Origin: Amphiscolops sp. MND2022
Lineage: Eukaryota
DNA length: 64,000 nucleotides
Direction of reading: 5' to 3'
Assembly (NCBI GenBank): GCA_964187785.1
Contig: OZ076412.1
Coordinates: 60,512,001 to 60,576,000 of the forward strand
How positions within the stretch are numbered: position 1 is the first letter of the stretch; each line of letters opens with the position of its first letter. Of the stretch, positions 61,880 to 64,000 are shown in pieces. The position numbers were made by a program, and so were the translations under genes. A model generated the notes under the pieces. It was not told where the DNA came from and did no database searches. It worked only from the letters and a program-made list of their open reading frames with translations.

Positions 61880-62530
61880 AAAATCCGGTCAAATATCACC
61901 CGTACATGTCTTCTTCATTACATTCGATGAAGAATTATACAAATTGATTGTGGTCAATAGTGTGCTGTACCATATGCAACAAAAATTGAAATGCAAAACA
62001 GTAAACGATCAACTGCTTTCAAAATTCCTTGGATACTTTGCTTTCGGTGGATTTGTGCCTGTCCCTGTTTCTCTGTTAGAGATCATTGATAGGATGAAAA
62101 AACAAGACAGTTCCAGTCGCCGACAAACTTCAGAAACTAGATATGAAGGCTGCGAAGGTACAGATTCATTTCCGCGATAACACAACCTCGGATACTACAG
62201 GCAATTTCTACAAAGCCAACCTGATCGTCAACGCATTGACTAGGAAGTTTGTGGCGATCATCAAGGAGGAGCCATATGTTCCAGCTGACGAGCAAACACT
62301 CCCTGCACAGGTTCGAAGTAACGGGCAGTGCTATCTCGAAACGTACGGAGCCAATCGACTCCACATGGGTTCAAGAATTCGGCAAGGGCCAGTGTTGATG
62401 GATACACCTGCGAGATGGTGTTTTACACAGATGAAAACGGACTGCATACAAATTTGACTGCAGGGAGACAAACTACACCTCCAGAACGCGCAGTAGTTGA
62501 AACACATCAGTCTACAGGGGGACCACAGAT
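61880..62530 (+). mobile_element. piggyBac transposase remnant
   Basis: FITFDEELYKLIVVNS..QQK, IHFRDN..FYKANLIVNALTRKF, DEQ, PHGFK..VDGYTCEMVFYT across frameshifts. Confidence 0.75.
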
Positions 62531-62929
62531 TGTAACGTCAAGCTAACAGCTACATTCCAGAACCGGGACAATGCCCAGGTTGCCTTAACAAGAGACCAGT
62601 GTCTTACAACAACCTAAACATTAGTTTTTGGTCCCAAATGGTCTCTGTAGGGACTTTTCCAAGACGCCGAGGAGACTCCTCATATTAGAGCTCCGTGGCG
62701 ACGTGCCGGCACACTCAAAGTCCGGACACGTCCCACAAGCACGTAAAAACGGTCCTAAAGGCTTCCTGCGATCCTACATACCTCCGAGGTCCAAAACAGG
62801 GGTTTCAGCTACAGTACATTAATTAGCAGGATCATGTAAATAACGGGTATAAAATGGATCTAGATCCAGCACCATCATTAATCTGCAAATTCCCATTAAT
62901 AACAAACAGGAAATAAACAAGAAATTGCA
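62531..62929 (+). repeat. LTR-like segment (TGTAACG...TTGCA) truncating the piggyBac remnant
   Basis: TG..CA ends, gggtataaaa TATA-like and aataaa motifs; no TSD match. Confidence 0.4.
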
Positions 62930-64000
62930 TATTTGGCTTCTTCATCTAGTTTTTCGGGTTTCTGGGATAAGCCATCGATGGGTTCTATGCCTTTTTCTCG
63001 TCTTCGGAGGCATTGTTCTCGGTGAGATGACACAAACCGCTACTTTCGGTCCTCTGAAAGTCCTTCTGGTATTTCATTCTTCGCTGTCAAAGATCCGTGT
63101 GTGTTGTGTGTATCTTTTTTTGTCTCTCTTTTTGATTTCAAAGATCTGCAATGTCGGCCATATTGACTCGCACACTTTCTGCTTCTTGAACGAAATTTTG
63201 CAACGTTTGCTGGACGTTACATCCTCCCCGGGCCGTTGTTTGTCGTCCTCGGCAAACGTGAGAGAATGGTACATACCCAGCGGGTCTTTTAGCAACATCA
63301 TTTCAAATTTTTTTTTTACTGCTCCAATTTTTTTGCATCATGTTGGTAGCACCTTTTTCTGACATTAGCACTTTTTCATCTTTTGAATTTAGCACTTTTT
63401 CAACATTCTAGAGGATAAAAACATTTTCTCTAAAAGAAAACTCTTTCCACTCGTTTCAATCTAGTTAAAACTTCTTTGAAGGGTGGTAATGTACGCGGCA
63501 TTCCAAGAATTGCAAGAAAGCATAGTTGCAGGAATTTCAATTGCAAATTTTTTTTTTGTTTTTGGGCAGGGAGGCACCAAGTTAGGACCCACCTACCAGG
63601 TAGGGTATTACAGAATGCACAAGAGCACTTGAATCGGGTGCGATGCCAAATGAATAGCTCCAATATAGAGATACAACATGTAACACGTCAAAGAAAATCA
63701 CAACGTGAGAGTCCATTCAGTCCATCGTGTTCTGATGTTTGTTTGGGATCCATTTCCACTGCGCTCATTTTGAGTTCCAGGAATTCATTCATCGTCCACT
63801 CAAGTGTATGAAATGCAGAACAAGCATTTCTGAAGTCAACAACCATGTGGCTTGAATGTATAACACTATTCAGACGACAAATACGTGATTGTATCTGGAA
63901 CCGGTTCCGTATGGGGTGCTTCGCACAAATCACAGGCTGAGTCAAATGTTTGGAGGCTGGTGGTTTGAAATTGACCACATATTCGTCTCTTATCATGTAC

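Noticed and set aside
202-63996. Numerous 60-160 aa ORFs antisense to or overlapping TE genes
   Set aside because: Shadow frames of recognised coding regions, with no independent motifs
1-64000. CRISPR arrays, rRNA, tRNA genes, prokaryotic operons
   Set aside because: No repeat-spacer arrays or cloverleaf structures seen; introns and TE content indicate a eukaryotic nuclear locus
63000-64000. Possible DNA-transposon end (gcactttttc repeats) and minus-strand ORFs
   Set aside because: No diagnostic catalytic motif or TIR pair within the window

Overview
Transposon-dense region of a eukaryotic (metazoan-like) genome with spliceosomal introns, no convincing host gene and one 200-N gap (59951-60150). 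Left to right: (i) 5' part of an L2/CR1-type LINE (-) with an SGNH-esterase ORF1 and a 2A StopGo peptide in frame with the APE endonuclease; (ii) Merlin and BEL/Pao remnants; (iii) a decayed Ty3/Gypsy locus (Gypsy-1, -, ~8.3-24.55 kb) with duplicated gag leaders and an orphan ORF; (iv) a second, divergent Gypsy element (Gypsy-2, -, LTRs ~32.9-34.3 kb and ~60.15-61.35 kb); (v) a 13,930-bp Polinton/Maverick (35601-49530, ~190-bp TIRs, perfect TATAGT TSD) sitting in an intron inside Gypsy-2; (vi) a piggyBac remnant. Main signals: both Gypsy families carry a homologous antisense gene downstream of integrase that looks like a catalytically dead hAT-transposase derivative with a BED-like finger and, in Gypsy-2, several phase-1 introns. 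The Polinton pPolB appears to be split by three short GT-AG introns. The Polinton also encodes a PHD-finger integrase, a parvovirus-like PLA2 and an HUH-motif ORF. All large elements carry stops or frameshifts. All assignments come from motif recognition by eye, and no database search was run.
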